A DNA stretch of 64,000 bases from Camelus ferus (taxonomy: Eukaryota). The notes beneath the pieces are model-generated. The model was not told the origin of the DNA, searched no databases, and saw only the letters and a list, made by a program, of their open reading frames with translations. The position numbers and the translations under genes are program-made. Shown in pieces: positions 1-11,779 of the stretch (position 1 is the stretch's first letter; the number at the start of each line of letters is the position of its first letter). The stretch spans positions 116,996,001 to 117,060,000 of the forward strand of contig NC_045697.1 of the NCBI RefSeq assembly GCF_009834535.1, read 5' to 3'.

Positions 1-64
1 TGTGTCAAGTTCACAACTGATGGACCGAGTCTAGGGCTCATCAATTTCAAAAGAAAAGTGTTCT

Positions 65-123
65 CCACTTTCTTTTCTTTCTTTCTTTGTTTCTTTTCTT
101 TTTTCTTTTTTTTTTTTTTTTTT
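65..123. repeat. CT-rich / poly-T low-complexity tract
   Basis: (CTTT)n grading into a long T run. Confidence 0.8.
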
Positions 124-829
124 GGTCTCAGAAGATAAATATTTCTCATGGCACCTGTGACATGCCTATGCACCCTGCGTAAGGTCAGTGGAAATGGATG
201 GGGTTGATGGATGAAAATGGTACACTGACTAGACGCCCATGGTGGCCTGCCTGGGAGAGCCCATGAGTCTCGCTGTGATCTCTGGTTAATGGTCAGTCCA
301 AAGATCTCTCCACCAAAACAAACAAATAGACGTCTCGAGCAACTAATAGTGCTTCTCCTCTGGGAGACAAAATCAGGCAGGGGTGGCTGCATCTGATTTG
401 AAAGAGACAAAGATGAGGCTCAGTAAGACAAAGAGACATTGTGTAACTTTCAGAGGGGGCAGGGGAGCCAAAGAGAGCTGCTGCCCAGAGCGGGAAGATT
501 TGCTTCTGAGCAGAGGGGAGGGAACATGTGTGGTCCTCTTCAGTTTGTCATATTTATTTTTTTCCTTCCAGAATATCAGTGACCTTTTCTCCCAATCTAA
601 GAATTTAACTCAGTAGAGTACATTGTATTTTGCAAACTTGGGGCCATACTGGTGAAACACAACTAAACAGCAACATCAACAATGTAACAGTGTCTACTGG
701 TCCTTACAGGATAGCTGAAGTAGATGGCGTTTGTGAAGACGTCTGGCCTAAGGCGAGTGCCCACAGGGGATAAACACTGCTGCTGTGGGTGTTCTCAGTC
801 CAGGGCTTATCAGGAATCAGGAATGCCCA

Positions 830-1080
830 CTATTTATTGAGTCTCCCCAGGCTTTTTTTTTTTTTTTTTTTTTTGATATTTCATGTGCTTTTATACATTT
901 TCTTTAATGGAGTCATCGCAAACTTGTAAGCAAAGTCAATTTCTCATCTTATAGTCAATGGAATTGCAGTTTCAAGAAATTAAATGAATTGAACTAAGCT
1001 ATAGAAGAAAGAGGTCAGCAATCAGACCCAGATGAATCTATGATCAGGGCCCAAGGTCACTCTTTTACATCACATTGTGC
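830..1080 (-). mobile_element. MIR SINE remnant
   Basis: Diverged MIR-core-like motifs (ttctcatcttatag...aaattaaatgaattg...cagacccagatg...cccaagg); boundaries approximate. Confidence 0.5.
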
Positions 1081-1258
1081 ATATTCAATGTACAAAGAGT
1101 TGGATTCTAGTTGATAAAAAGGCAGAAAATGGGGAGAAAATGGATGGGAACTAAAGTAGAAAGTAGGCTAAAACTCCACTTTCTATTAAACCACACTTTT
1201 TTCTTCTCTCAATATTATTTCTGTCCTAAATGTGAGAAGCAGTCTCACTTGGAGGCTG

Positions 1259-1696
1259 CGTTAGAATCGGAGAGAAAGAAAGGAGAGACAGCTCACCAGA
1301 AGAGACAGGTTTATTCTGAGAAACCTTGCCGAGAGGTCTCCAGCCATCCTGGAGCGCACTCTGTTGGTACAGACTTGGTTATTTTATGCCTGGAGGTCGG
1401 AGCTGATTGGTGGGTTCTTATGCAAATACCGGGGTGCTGAGAGGTAAGTTCTGATTGGTGGGTATGCTGAAAGTGAAAGGGGCGTGTCTGAAAGAGAGAG
1501 GGGCGGGGATGAACTTTCCAGCCAGTAGTCCTCACTCAGGTCTGGGGAGGCGGAAGTTGTTATGCAGATAAGGTATGCTGAAGGGTAGATGCTGATTGGT
1601 GGGTTTCACAGAAGGCGGAAGTTGTTACTTGCGGTAGGCTCTGCTTGTTGGGAAATAGCGGTGGATTCGCAAAATGGAGTTTGAGCTTGTCTGTCA
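1259..1696 (-). mobile_element. Solo LTR of an endogenous retrovirus, CpG-retaining
   Basis: Minus strand starts TGACAG...CTCCATTTTG and ends ...CTAACG (CA changed to CG). Identical 5-bp flanks GGCTG at 1254-1258 and 1697-1701. AATAAA on minus at ~1310. U3-like repeated CCAAT/ETS/GC motifs. Confidence 0.75.
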
Positions 1697-1845
1697 GGCT
1701 GAAATTCACATGTGTCCCAGTTTTACTTTGAGGACTTGAGGGATTTGTATTCTTCCCATGAATTGTAGAGAAACATCAAGACTTTAAAAATGATCCCTTT
1801 TATTATCTTTCACAGCCACAAATTACAATAATATACTCAACAAAC

Positions 1846-2358
1846 TGTTACTGAGTCCAAACTCATTCTGCTTGCAGCACAACAGGTCAATAAATCAGGA
1901 AGCAAGGTGTTGGGGCAAGGAATAGTGACTTTATTCAGAAAGCTGGCAGAGTGTGAAGATGGGGAACTAATGTCCTGGAGAACCATCTTACCCAAGCCAG
2001 AATTTAGGCTCCTTTTATACTGAAAAGGGGAGGGGGTGTGGTTGGTTGTTGCAAACTTCTTGGTGTCAAAATCCTTTGTTCTTGCAGCTCTCGGCGTGGG
2101 TCAGGTCATGGTGTCCCTGTAAACCTCCAACAAATGTTCTTTTCTGTTCCGCAACTTTTTATCACTATGAATGGGAAAGTGTTATCCTCTTAAAGGTCAG
2201 AGCCTTGAGAATGGGTTCTTCTGTCTATTTCAGGCTCTAGGCAATATTCTTTTACAAAAGGTGCAGAACTAGCGTGACTGAGCCCAGGAAACAGAGCACA
2301 GGGTTAGAGCCAAAGGAGCAGATCTCATATGGAGTTAGGTTTGTTCTTTTTTGTAACA
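1846..2358 (-). mobile_element. ERV1-class solo LTR (same family as 17174-17704)
   Basis: TG...CA termini, 4-bp TSD AAAC (1842-1845, 2359-2362), TATAAAA and AATAAA on minus; reverse-complement homology to 17174-17704. Confidence 0.9.
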
Positions 2359-3264
2359 AAACAAGAAACCATTGAGAAAAAATGACAGGCTTACAAGCGA
2401 TGAGTACCTAACTCATGGGTTATTATTATCCTTTAAGAGATTTTATCCTTTAAGAGAATTATGATACTTTTAGGCTTGGTTTCCAGAGGAACCCTTGTTG
2501 GCTCTTTAATTTGGATATTCTTGAATTCTGTTATAAAAGAAAACACTTCCAGCAATTGTTGGGACATAATAAGGCCCATGCTATGTTATACATGGTATGG
2601 GTTTTCCAGAATCAGTGAGGAAGTATGAACTTCTTGGTTTCTTGTTCTGATTCAAATGGGGGAAAACGCTGTAATACAATGCAAGGGAGCTCAGCCAGCA
2701 GGCCACTTCCTAATAAAGCAGCATTGTTCCGTAAACACGTGAGAAATAGCTTACAAGACACCAATCTGGAACTTGTTGAACTAAAGGAAACAGAGGATAT
2801 GAGATTTTTTGTTGTTGTTACATCCTAACTCAAAAATAAATGTCTCTATTTGGGTCACCAGGGTAATACCTAAAAACAGTCTTGTTAATCATTGTCTGTC
2901 ACTGTGTCACCTTTCCTCCGGGCATCAGATCGGACTGCATAACATAAAATGAGGCATTGAAAACATAAACCTTCACCACAGACTGTTGTCTGCTTTAAGA
3001 TATTCTTGTTTATGGATCTTCAGAAAAGTATTATTTTCAGCCAACTCAAGTGCTTACTGAAATGCGAGTAAATAAAAAGAAAAGAAAAAATTTGGGAGGG
3101 ACTTGACAAAGAAAAGTACACAAAATTTGAACATAATTAGGAGCCAATACCCATTTAGTCTCTACTCTGTGGAGAAAAATTAGAAATAAGCATCATATTA
3201 TTTAAGAATATAACTTTCCTACTCAGAAAAGAAGTGGTATACTTGTTTTAAAAGGTGATTTTAT

Positions 3265-3365
3265 GGGGAGGATAATGGCTCAGTAAGCGGTAGAGCACAT
3301 AATTAGCATGCATGAGATCTTGAGTTCATCCCTAGAACCTCCATTAAAAAAAGTGATTAAAAAAA
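3265..3365 (+). mobile_element. tRNA-Ala-derived SINE (camelid Vic-1-like), diverged
   Basis: GGGGAGG...GCTCAGT..GGTAGAG...TTAGCATGCATGAG...GAGTTCA head, A tail, TSD ~AAAAG(G)TGATTTTATG at 3250-3265 and 3363-3377. Confidence 0.85.
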
Positions 3366-4457
3366 AGTGATTTTATGAAAAGAATGCACTTTTTGTAAAT
3401 GGTAATGTGACTGCTACCACCAGTCTCTTGTTACAAAGTACTTAAATCCTATGTAGAGATTTTCTGTAGAAAGCCAAATCAACTAACAGGATGTGGAAAA
3501 GCAGAAACTCACCAACTAATTAACAAAAACTTGTTATCACATCTAAAGATACCCACAACAAGTAGATCAGCTGTTTTAGTGGTCATCTTGGAAATGGTAA
3601 TAACTTTGGAAACACGTGAGTCCATTTGGAATGTTGAGGAGGAGTTTTACAAAGGAGGAAACAGAAAGGAAAACCTTAGTGGGTAAATAGAAGTTCCCAG
3701 GCAGGAAAGGAAGACAAACATTTCAGTCTGAAGCTGTCCAAGTGTTGAGCCTTCAGAATGTGAGACTGGTTATGCTTGTGTGGTGATGGTGTAAAATTGT
3801 GGGTTGGGGCAGGAGAAATACATTGGAAAGGTGAGTTGGGGTTTATTTTCTTGTTAAAAGGGAAAGCAAATTCAATCTCAGGTACCTTTAACTGAAAGAG
3901 AATGAATTAGCTTATATGACTGAAAATCTAGGGTGAGTTAAACATCTATTCTTGGTGTCTCCTCAACTCAGGGCATTTCTTCATCAGCACGACGGAGTTT
4001 CCCATCTGCTTTGCTCAGTTCTGTGTCTTCTCTGTTGGGTTCATGTTTCGCTGGAGGATCTCTTTATCCTGGGTAGGCTTTCTACCCCATATCACTCCCA
4101 GTGAAAGAGGTCGAAGCTCCCTCTGGCCATGCCCATGCTTGACATGTGAGTCAGTCTGGTTGGGTTGATCAGTTGCCTTCCTGAGCCCATGCTGCTCTGT
4201 ACTGTTGCCAAGAGTAAGGTTCTCCTGCACCCCTGCAGCTGAGGGTGGAGTCCCACTGGGAGAACCCAGGGGACCTGGGTTATGGCAGCTTTAAAGCAAC
4301 AGAGGTCTACTCCAGTCCACCCCTTTGGCCACCTAATATACATGCACAACTTATTCTTAATCCTTTATTCCCGGTTACTACACCCAGGTCTAAGCCTCTG
4401 CCCTCCTGTTAATATCAACTCCATCCATCAGGTCTGGGTATGGGTGCTTATGGTCTG

Positions 4458-4690
4458 GCAAACTACTATATATAAAATAGATAAACAACAAGTTTCTGTT
4501 GTATGGCACAGGGAACTGTATTCAATATCTTGTAGTAACTTGTGGTGAAAAAGAATATGAAAATGAGTGTATGCATGTATATGATTGTAACATTATACTG
4601 TACACCAGAAATTGACACAACATTGACTACATTTCAATAAAAAAAGAATGTGCCTAAAATTTTTTAAAAAAATACTTATAAAAAATTTAA
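4458..4690 (+). mobile_element. L1 3' UTR fragment (type B)
   Basis: actactatatataaaatagataaacaacaag...gcacagggaact...tacaccagaaattgacac...AATAAA and A-rich tail. Confidence 0.88.
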
Positions 4691-5404
4691 GTAGGCTTTC
4701 AATTCATGTGTTCTAGATAATTCCATGGGCTCCTACTAGAAACCAGATATCTCTTCAAGCCAGCATTTGTATTAGAACCAGGACCCCTATTTTTCCCTTA
4801 ATTCCCTCCAGCCACTTTGCTCTGCCCCCCGCTCCCAACCTTCATCCGAGTCATCCACACCTTGCTTCTGCCCTGGGGTAACTTAACACTCTGACATTGA
4901 CAGGGGGAGACGTGACTGCTCTGACTCTGTTCCCACATACCTGTTGTGGCATCTGTGAGGTGAGGTCGTCACCCTCCTTTCCAGGTGGTTTAAAAGAGGA
5001 GCTTCTTTGGAGGAGGTGAAAATGACTCCTCACAGATTTTAATATAATTTCCTGCTATTGTTCCTACTTACCTGCTTTTGTTGGCAGTCACTTTAGTTTG
5101 GAGGAGAGAATTCAGCTTTCACATTTCTCAGCGACCTTGAATGAGTCTCAGGCAAGAAAGGCATTTCTTAGTAAAGCCACATTTTTTTTTTCCCATCTGC
5201 CCTCAGATGAACCAATTTCAACCTAAGCTGGTCTTTTCATTACAAAATGCTCAGAGGGCCATAAGAACAAGAATCACACTCTGAAGTCCTGCATTTCATA
5301 TCAAGACCAGGAATGGAGTTGCCTCAGTAAGGGCAAGTTCTGAACACTAAAACAGGTGTAAGTTTACCTATTTCCAACCTCTGCAACCAAAGAACAGGTA
5401 TTAT

Positions 5405-5791
5405 TGAAACTGAGCAGACCCTGGGGGGCCCTCCCTGGTACAAAACTTTCTGTGTCCCCCATTTCTGTTTGTAGGAACTAGGGTACATTCAGCCTCCTTG
5501 ACCTTCCCTGATTTCCAAAGGGCAGAATCAAACAGTTGCTAATCCAGCAAGGGAGGGAATTCAGAGAAAAGGGAGGAACAGTCAAGATACAATAGTGTAA
5601 CCTTGGGGCAGGGCGTTGATTCCTCCTCAAGGAATATGCATAATAATATCTTTAAGTTCTTCTGCAGGAACTAAGGCCCCCCAACCCCTGCCTCTTGTTT
5701 ATGGCTGAGCAGAATCTTTGGAGACGGTGTTTTGGGGGGACAGTGAGTCTACCAGACTACTAGGATTCTGATTAAAAGCAACTTTCCTTTC
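5405..5791 (+). mobile_element. ERV1-class LTR, 3' truncated or interrupted
   Basis: Starts TGAAACTGAGCAG-ACCCT, a head shared with the LTRs at 6245-6537 and 54309; ATTAAA at ~5771. Confidence 0.75.
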
Positions 5792-6065
5792 TGTTACCAA
5801 GGCTATTGCCCCTGGGATCATAAGCTTGCTCTTCCCTCAAAAAGAAACCAATTACTCTAATCTAAGTCTCAGGAGACAGCTGCAATGAGAAGAAATAAGA
5901 ACTGGTTAGAACCAACTGAGCCCAAGATGGTGGAGGATCTGACGTCCAGTGGACCTTGAGCCTCATTATACACTTATTGCAATGCATTAACATGCTAAAT
6001 GACACACCCACCAACACCTTGGCAAGTAACAGTTGCCATGACAGCAACCAGAAAAGCCCATACTA
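5792..6065 (+). mobile_element. ERV-type LTR fragment
   Basis: Starts TGTTACC; 5900-5967 is reverse-complement homologous to 6892-6946 in the LTR at 6577-7017. Right boundary uncertain. Confidence 0.6.
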
Positions 6066-6244
6066 GGAAGGAAGACAAGGCAATTGACTCCATCACACCC
6101 TGAGCAAGGACCTGATGGTGGAAGCCTCACATGAAAGTCCACGTGGTCCAAGCTGCTGCTGGAGCTGTTTCAACCAGCTGTCTTGGCTGATGGCTCCCCG
6201 CAAAGGCACTTTTTCCTCTTCTGAGCAATAAAACAACCATTCAC

Positions 6245-6537
6245 CTGGGTGGAGGCCTTAGTTCCTGCAGAAGAACTCAAAAGTACTGCTATGTATATCC
6301 CTTGAGGAGGAACCAGGACCCTGCCCCAAGGCTGCACTACTGTTTCTTGACTGCTCCTCCTTTGTCTCTGCATTCCCTCCCTTCCCTGATTAGCAACTGT
6401 TTGAATCTGCCCTTTTGAGGGAATTTGCTCTCAGGGACGGTCAAAGAGGCTGAATGAACACTAGTTCCTACAAATAGAAATGGGGGACACGTAAAGATTT
6501 ATACCAGGGAGGACCCCACAGGGTCCTGCTCAGTTTG
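6245..6537 (-). mobile_element. ERV1-class LTR 5' half, inverted relative to 5405-5791
   Basis: gggtcctgctcagttt at ~6521-6536, gattagcaactgtttgaatctgccctt and ccttagttcctgcagaagaact are reverse complements of motifs in 5405-5685. Confidence 0.8.
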
Positions 6538-6576
6538 TGTCAGAGGCCAGGTGATAATGCTGATGTGTTGTCTTAC

Positions 6577-7017
6577 TGTTGTAGGAGAACAGGTTCTTGC
6601 CTCGGGCAGGAAAGAATTCAAGAGTGAGGCATCGTAAAGTGAAATCAAGTTTATTTAGCGAGATATACACTCTATAGACAGAGTGGGCTGCCTCAGAAGT
6701 CAAGAGAGAGAGAGCAACCACAAGGTCTGGGGTGGGTAGTTTACATGGACTCAGTAATTTCATTTGTTAATAAGTAGGAGGATTATTCCAACTACTTGAG
6801 GAAGGGGGGGGTTTCCAGGAATTGGGCCCCTGCCCACTTTTGGATCTTTTATGGTCAACCTAGGCACTATCATGGCATCTGTGGGTGTGCATGAGGCTCA
6901 AGGTCTACTGGGAGTCGAATCTTCCACCATCTTGATTCTAACCAGTCTATCCTGTCTTCAGCTGCTGTGTCATTCCTTCAGTGGTTGTGCCCTGCCCCCT
7001 TTCCCCCTGTCCCATTA
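6577..7017 (-). mobile_element. ERV-type solo LTR
   Basis: Begins TGTTGTAGGAGAACAGGTTCTTG on plus (LTR U5 end on minus); AATAAA on minus at ~6650; homology to 5900-5967. Confidence 0.7.
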
Positions 7018-8156
7018 CCTTGTGGACATGGGACACCTGTGTGCCTGGATCTCTCCCTGCACCTGCAGCACCTCGTCCTCCAGCTTCTCTGGGTCCAGGG
7101 AAAGCGTGAGTCTTCCTTGTCGGGAAGTACATCAGCTTCTTCAGCAAGGTATGTGCGGTCAAGGTCAAGGGGTGACTCATGGGTTCAGGTTCTTGTTTGT
7201 CCTCATGTGTCCCGGTTCATTTTTGTGGGTTCCAATGTGAATTCACGGGTTCCCATTTTCTGTCTTTCTGCCCCCATTTTATGCCTCATTTTCCTTCTTG
7301 AACGTCAGTTTCAGTGCTGTCTCTGGACGTGGAGACCATGGTCTCCCATGGATTTTGTCAGCAGCCTTCACAGTTGAGGAAAGTGTTATCATAGTAACAA
7401 ATCCACTTTTCTTTATGGCTTAAGGTTGTTCTACTTCCTGAGGCAAAACCTAATGCAGACAGGTTCTCTTTTCCTGTTCCCAATATGACAAGGGTAACTT
7501 CCAATGACATCCTCCCAAGTTCAAGTCTACAGGAAAAGCTTTAATGTCTCTTTTGAGTCCTGAGATCTCTTCTTATTGGATCACCTTGGGTCACCTGGCC
7601 ATTTCCTACCAACCTCTGCAACCAGGAAGGGAAAATGGTCCATACTGGCTAAGCCTGGTTCATAAGTCCACCCTTAAATTAGTCAGCACTGTCTAGAGAA
7701 TTCAGTATATTGACTGGCCAACCCTGAGCCACATGCTCTTGTTCTGAAAAAGTGGGTACCCTGAGTGACAAGGGGTTGATTTCCAAAAGAGTTCAGAATG
7801 TTACCAGAGAGAGAGGAATCAGGGAGTGTTCACTACAGGAGGGACTCTAATCTGTGTAGGTTATGTCTGGACATATTTTATGGTAAAGGAGAGTCATTAG
7901 GGTTTCTAGAAGTAGAGGACTCTGATCACCCAGTGGGCTGCTAATGCTTCTGTTCTGAGGACCATATTTCATGTGATTTTATTTTCTTCCTCCCAGAACC
8001 GTGCCTACAGCATAGTAGTTGCTAAAAAAATCATCAGAATGTTGGATAATATGACCTCTGTTTCTGAAAGAAGGTCAGATATTGTGCGGAGGATGGATAA
8101 GTGGGAAATCATTAAGCCAGAAGGATGGTTCTGCCTAGACGGAAAATAAGATGGAA

Positions 8157-8287
8157 GGGGGAGGGTATGGCTCAGTGGTAGAGTGTGTACTTAGCATGCA
8201 CGTGGTCCTGGGTTCAATCCCCAGCACCTACATTAAAAATAAAGATAGATAAACCTAAAATTTTAAATATAATTAAAAAAATACAAG
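8157..8287 (+). mobile_element. tRNA-Ala-derived SINE (Vic-1-like)
   Basis: GGGGGAGGGTATGGCTCAGTGGTAGAG (A box), GGTTCAATCCC (B box), A-rich tail, TSD AAGATGGAA at 8148-8156 and 8288-8296. Confidence 0.93.
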
Positions 8288-9714
8288 AAGATGGAAAGAG
8301 AAGGGCTCAAGGCTGGGATTTTGAGATGCACCAATGTTTAAGGGCAAAGGAGGAAGCGGTAACAAAGGAAATTGAGAAACAGCAGTAAAAATGGTTAAAG
8401 ATATTGGAGTAAGTCCATCTTGTGACTTCATGAGGCCAAGACATGGACAAGCCCTCTGAGGAAAATGGAATGTTTATATGCTGAAGCAATTTTTAAATGC
8501 ATTCATGGTTGTGCATGGCTCTGAGCAAATGAGAAATGGATTTTTTTTTTAATAGGAAGGAAGCTTGGATGAACAACTAAACATAAAAGGGTATATTTTA
8601 TTTGAAAATACACACAACTTTAAAGACGGGAACCGAGGAAGATGTAATCTGCTCCTAGGGGAAGAAAAAAGTTATATAAAGATTTGACAATTCATCAAAG
8701 TTTATCACAGGATTCCCAGATGAATCTAGCTTTCAGTACATACTCTAACATCAACATTTAACTTCGAACATTGCACGTGACATTTGGGAACACGCCAACC
8801 TTGTTATTCATCAGTAACACTCTTAAGTGATTCCTAATAAGAAACACATGTTTCATGTATCATAAATACATTTGTTATTCTTCTGTTGCTTCTCATTTTT
8901 AGAATTAATTTTCTTGACTCAGTTCCTGAGTGTTCATTTAACCAGGGCCACCACCCAAACAGAAAACCTCAGTGAAGTTCAGGCTCTGTGACTGGTACTC
9001 CAGCCCCTTGGGAAGACAGTGTGGAGTTGCAATCCTTTGTATGCTGTCTAACTCTGATGGACAGAGTAAGCGACGTTCTCATGGCTTGACTCTCTAATAA
9101 CAGACGTGCAAAAAAACAAATCGTGTCATGATTGGTTTGGGAATTTCAAACCTAAAGCTGGCACCAGTCAAGTATGAATTATAAAGTTCAAAGCACCATA
9201 CAGATATTAGCGGCGTTCTTTTGTTCACAGAACATCAGCACGTAGGCACAACAATTACTGCCACACCACATATACTTATTAAACCCTGGTAGTTAGATAA
9301 TGTCTGTCTCAGTCGTAACGGTATTTTTTTCTATCCTTTGTTCTTTCTGCCAAGGTATTAGAACTTACCAACTTGCAGAGTTTTTATTTTTGAGTAAATT
9401 TCAAAAGAAAAAAGCAACGATATGCAAAAAAACCCACCATGATAAAGAACATTTAAAAGAAAAGTTAAGCTGCTAGTTACAGGTTGTTCGTGAATTGGGG
9501 CAATGTTAGTGAGGTATTTCAGTGCCCAGGATATCAAATTAATTACAATGACTCTCAGCCTTTTCTTTACATAAGATTTCCAAGTCAGCTTTTTTTAATA
9601 CACATCAAAATAAAACTCTGATGCTATGAAGACAGAATTCAAACTGTAAGGCAAAAGTTGTCAACAAAATGTGAACTTTCATCAACTAAACTTTTGGGAT
9701 TGAAAAAAGCTGGA

Positions 9715-9780
9715 ACATTGTGCTGTACACCAGAAATTGACACATTGTAACTGACTATACTTCAGGCAAAAAATAAAAAT
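9715..9780 (+). mobile_element. Very short L1 3' terminal fragment
   Basis: acattgtgctgtacaccagaaattgacacattgtaactgactatacttca plus A tail; matches the other L1 ends in the window. Confidence 0.85.
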
Positions 9781-11779
9781 AGTCATTATGATGTATAATT
9801 ATAAACTTTTATAAATCACTGGAAAAATAATAAAAATGAGAACGCTACATTACAAAAGTGATAGAATTGACTCAAAGCCAAACTCGAATGTGATTCTATG
9901 ATTAAGCAATAACACAAAAATGAACCAAGCCTTCAATTTAGAATAGTCTGGAAAAAACTTGTAAAGTCACATTCTCTCCTCCTCTGCCTCCTAGAAAAGA
10001 AGGGAGGGAAAAAAGAAACATGTAGGAACGGAAGAGTTATTAGAAGTGAATGTACAAAGTAAGAAAATATAACAGAATTGCAAAGGGAAATAAAAGAATT
10101 AATTCTTTTGGAAAAAAAATTGGAAAGTTAAATTTCTGCTAACTGTAATCAGGAAGTACTAATTTTTTCCTGAGAACAGAGGAATAAAACAACGTATAAG
10201 AAGGAGATTAAATTATAAGACATTACCGGATATTCCTCAATGCTATGACATTTGAAATTTTCTATGAAAGAAGTAATTTTGTAGAAGGTAATGAACATCT
10301 CCAAGTATACCAAGAAATAGGAAACGAAATGAAAAAAATACATATTGAAAAATTATTTGCACATAAAACTCTGACTAGAAACAGATGGCATTACAGATGC
10401 ACAAGGAACAGATTCAACATTTCCATGCCAAGTCGTGGAGTTAAGAGCCTAGAAAAGGATGGAAAATGGTCCCCTTCAGCCTTTGAAGGTAATGGTGCTC
10501 TGAAAGTGGAGCGCAATCATTTTTTATGATCGTGAAAGTGAAAATTCAAAATAAAACCTTAGTGTATTGCATAAAACAGACTATGAAGCAAATGAGACTA
10601 TTTTCACATAGTTTTTATTCCATGAGAGGAATCAATATTAGAAACATGTGATCTAACACATTTGTGTGCCCAATAAGAAAAAAATCACCCATTTCAGAAG
10701 AGGCTAAAAGTATATTTGATCATCTTCAAAACATACTGTGGGTCAAAGCTCTTGGAAAATGAGGACTAGAAAGATCTTTCTTTGATTCCAGTCATTTTTC
10801 CTGTGTCCAAACCAGCCATCTGTTTTCATGGGTCCACCCTCTACTCTCTTGTCACCAGTCTCTAATTGAAACTTGTTTTTGTTTTTGTTTTTGAATAAAC
10901 ATACATTTTATTTTTCTAGCTCACTTTCTCCACAAATCCCCGGGTGACCATTGTGTGACTAGTACAAGTCTTCAATTCATTTCTCCTTCTACATTATTTT
11001 CCGCCTCCCGCACCGTCACTTACCTTTTGGTCTGTTAACCCAACTTCTTACCGATACGCAGAACACAGAAAAAGTGTAGCTGATTTCACTCCAAGTTACC
11101 CACATGCTGCAAAATGTGCCCAACCCCATCTGAGACTCCTACTCAGTTTCCCGTAATCTGAGGTAAGTTTGCTGCCCCCATCTTCTCTCCTCGAAGTTGA
11201 CCCCATCTCCTCTGGCAAGCCTCACTATCAGAAGACGATTTAGTTTTATAATTTCTGGATTAAATAGATGCAGGGTTATAAGACCCTCTTCTTGACTCAT
11301 CTACAAATATAAAAACGTAGCTGTGTCTGTAAGGATGATGTGCACTCTGCTTGTTAAAATGGAGAGGGGTCCCTGCTCCAAGCAGACCAACTCCTCTTCC
11401 GTGTTTTGTCACTTTCACACACACAATTTGACACCTGTCTTCACTCCACTTGTTAAGATGGACGTGCCCCTGCACTCATCACAGGTGCGCCTGACGGTTC
11501 ACCTGAATTCCACCCCTTGGTCCTCCTCAAGGGTTCATCCATCTGCCTCCGCTGTGGATCACAGGTCTCTCCCCCACACCTGGTTCCCAACGACTGGGAT
11601 ACAGTCAGATCCTCAGTGTGTCTCCCGACCATCTCTGCTTGAAGAGTGACCACAGTTACAACAAAGACAATAAAACTTTGTGCATTAATTTAGCTTCTCT
11701 GTATTTTTCTCAGCATCACTATACATCACTGTCCTCACTCATTGCCCCGATTTCATTCCCCCCTTCACTTTTTTAATAT

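Noticed and set aside
2424..2458. Short direct repeats as an array (also ~13908-13941, ~38312-38356, ~58950-58982)
   Set aside because: Two-copy slippage duplications of 15-30 bp; no repeat-spacer periodicity and no CRISPR-like structure.
9790..10760. A-rich stretch with a 94-aa ORF as a coding exon
   Set aside because: Composition suggests a very old LINE remnant, but I cannot assign it confidently either way.
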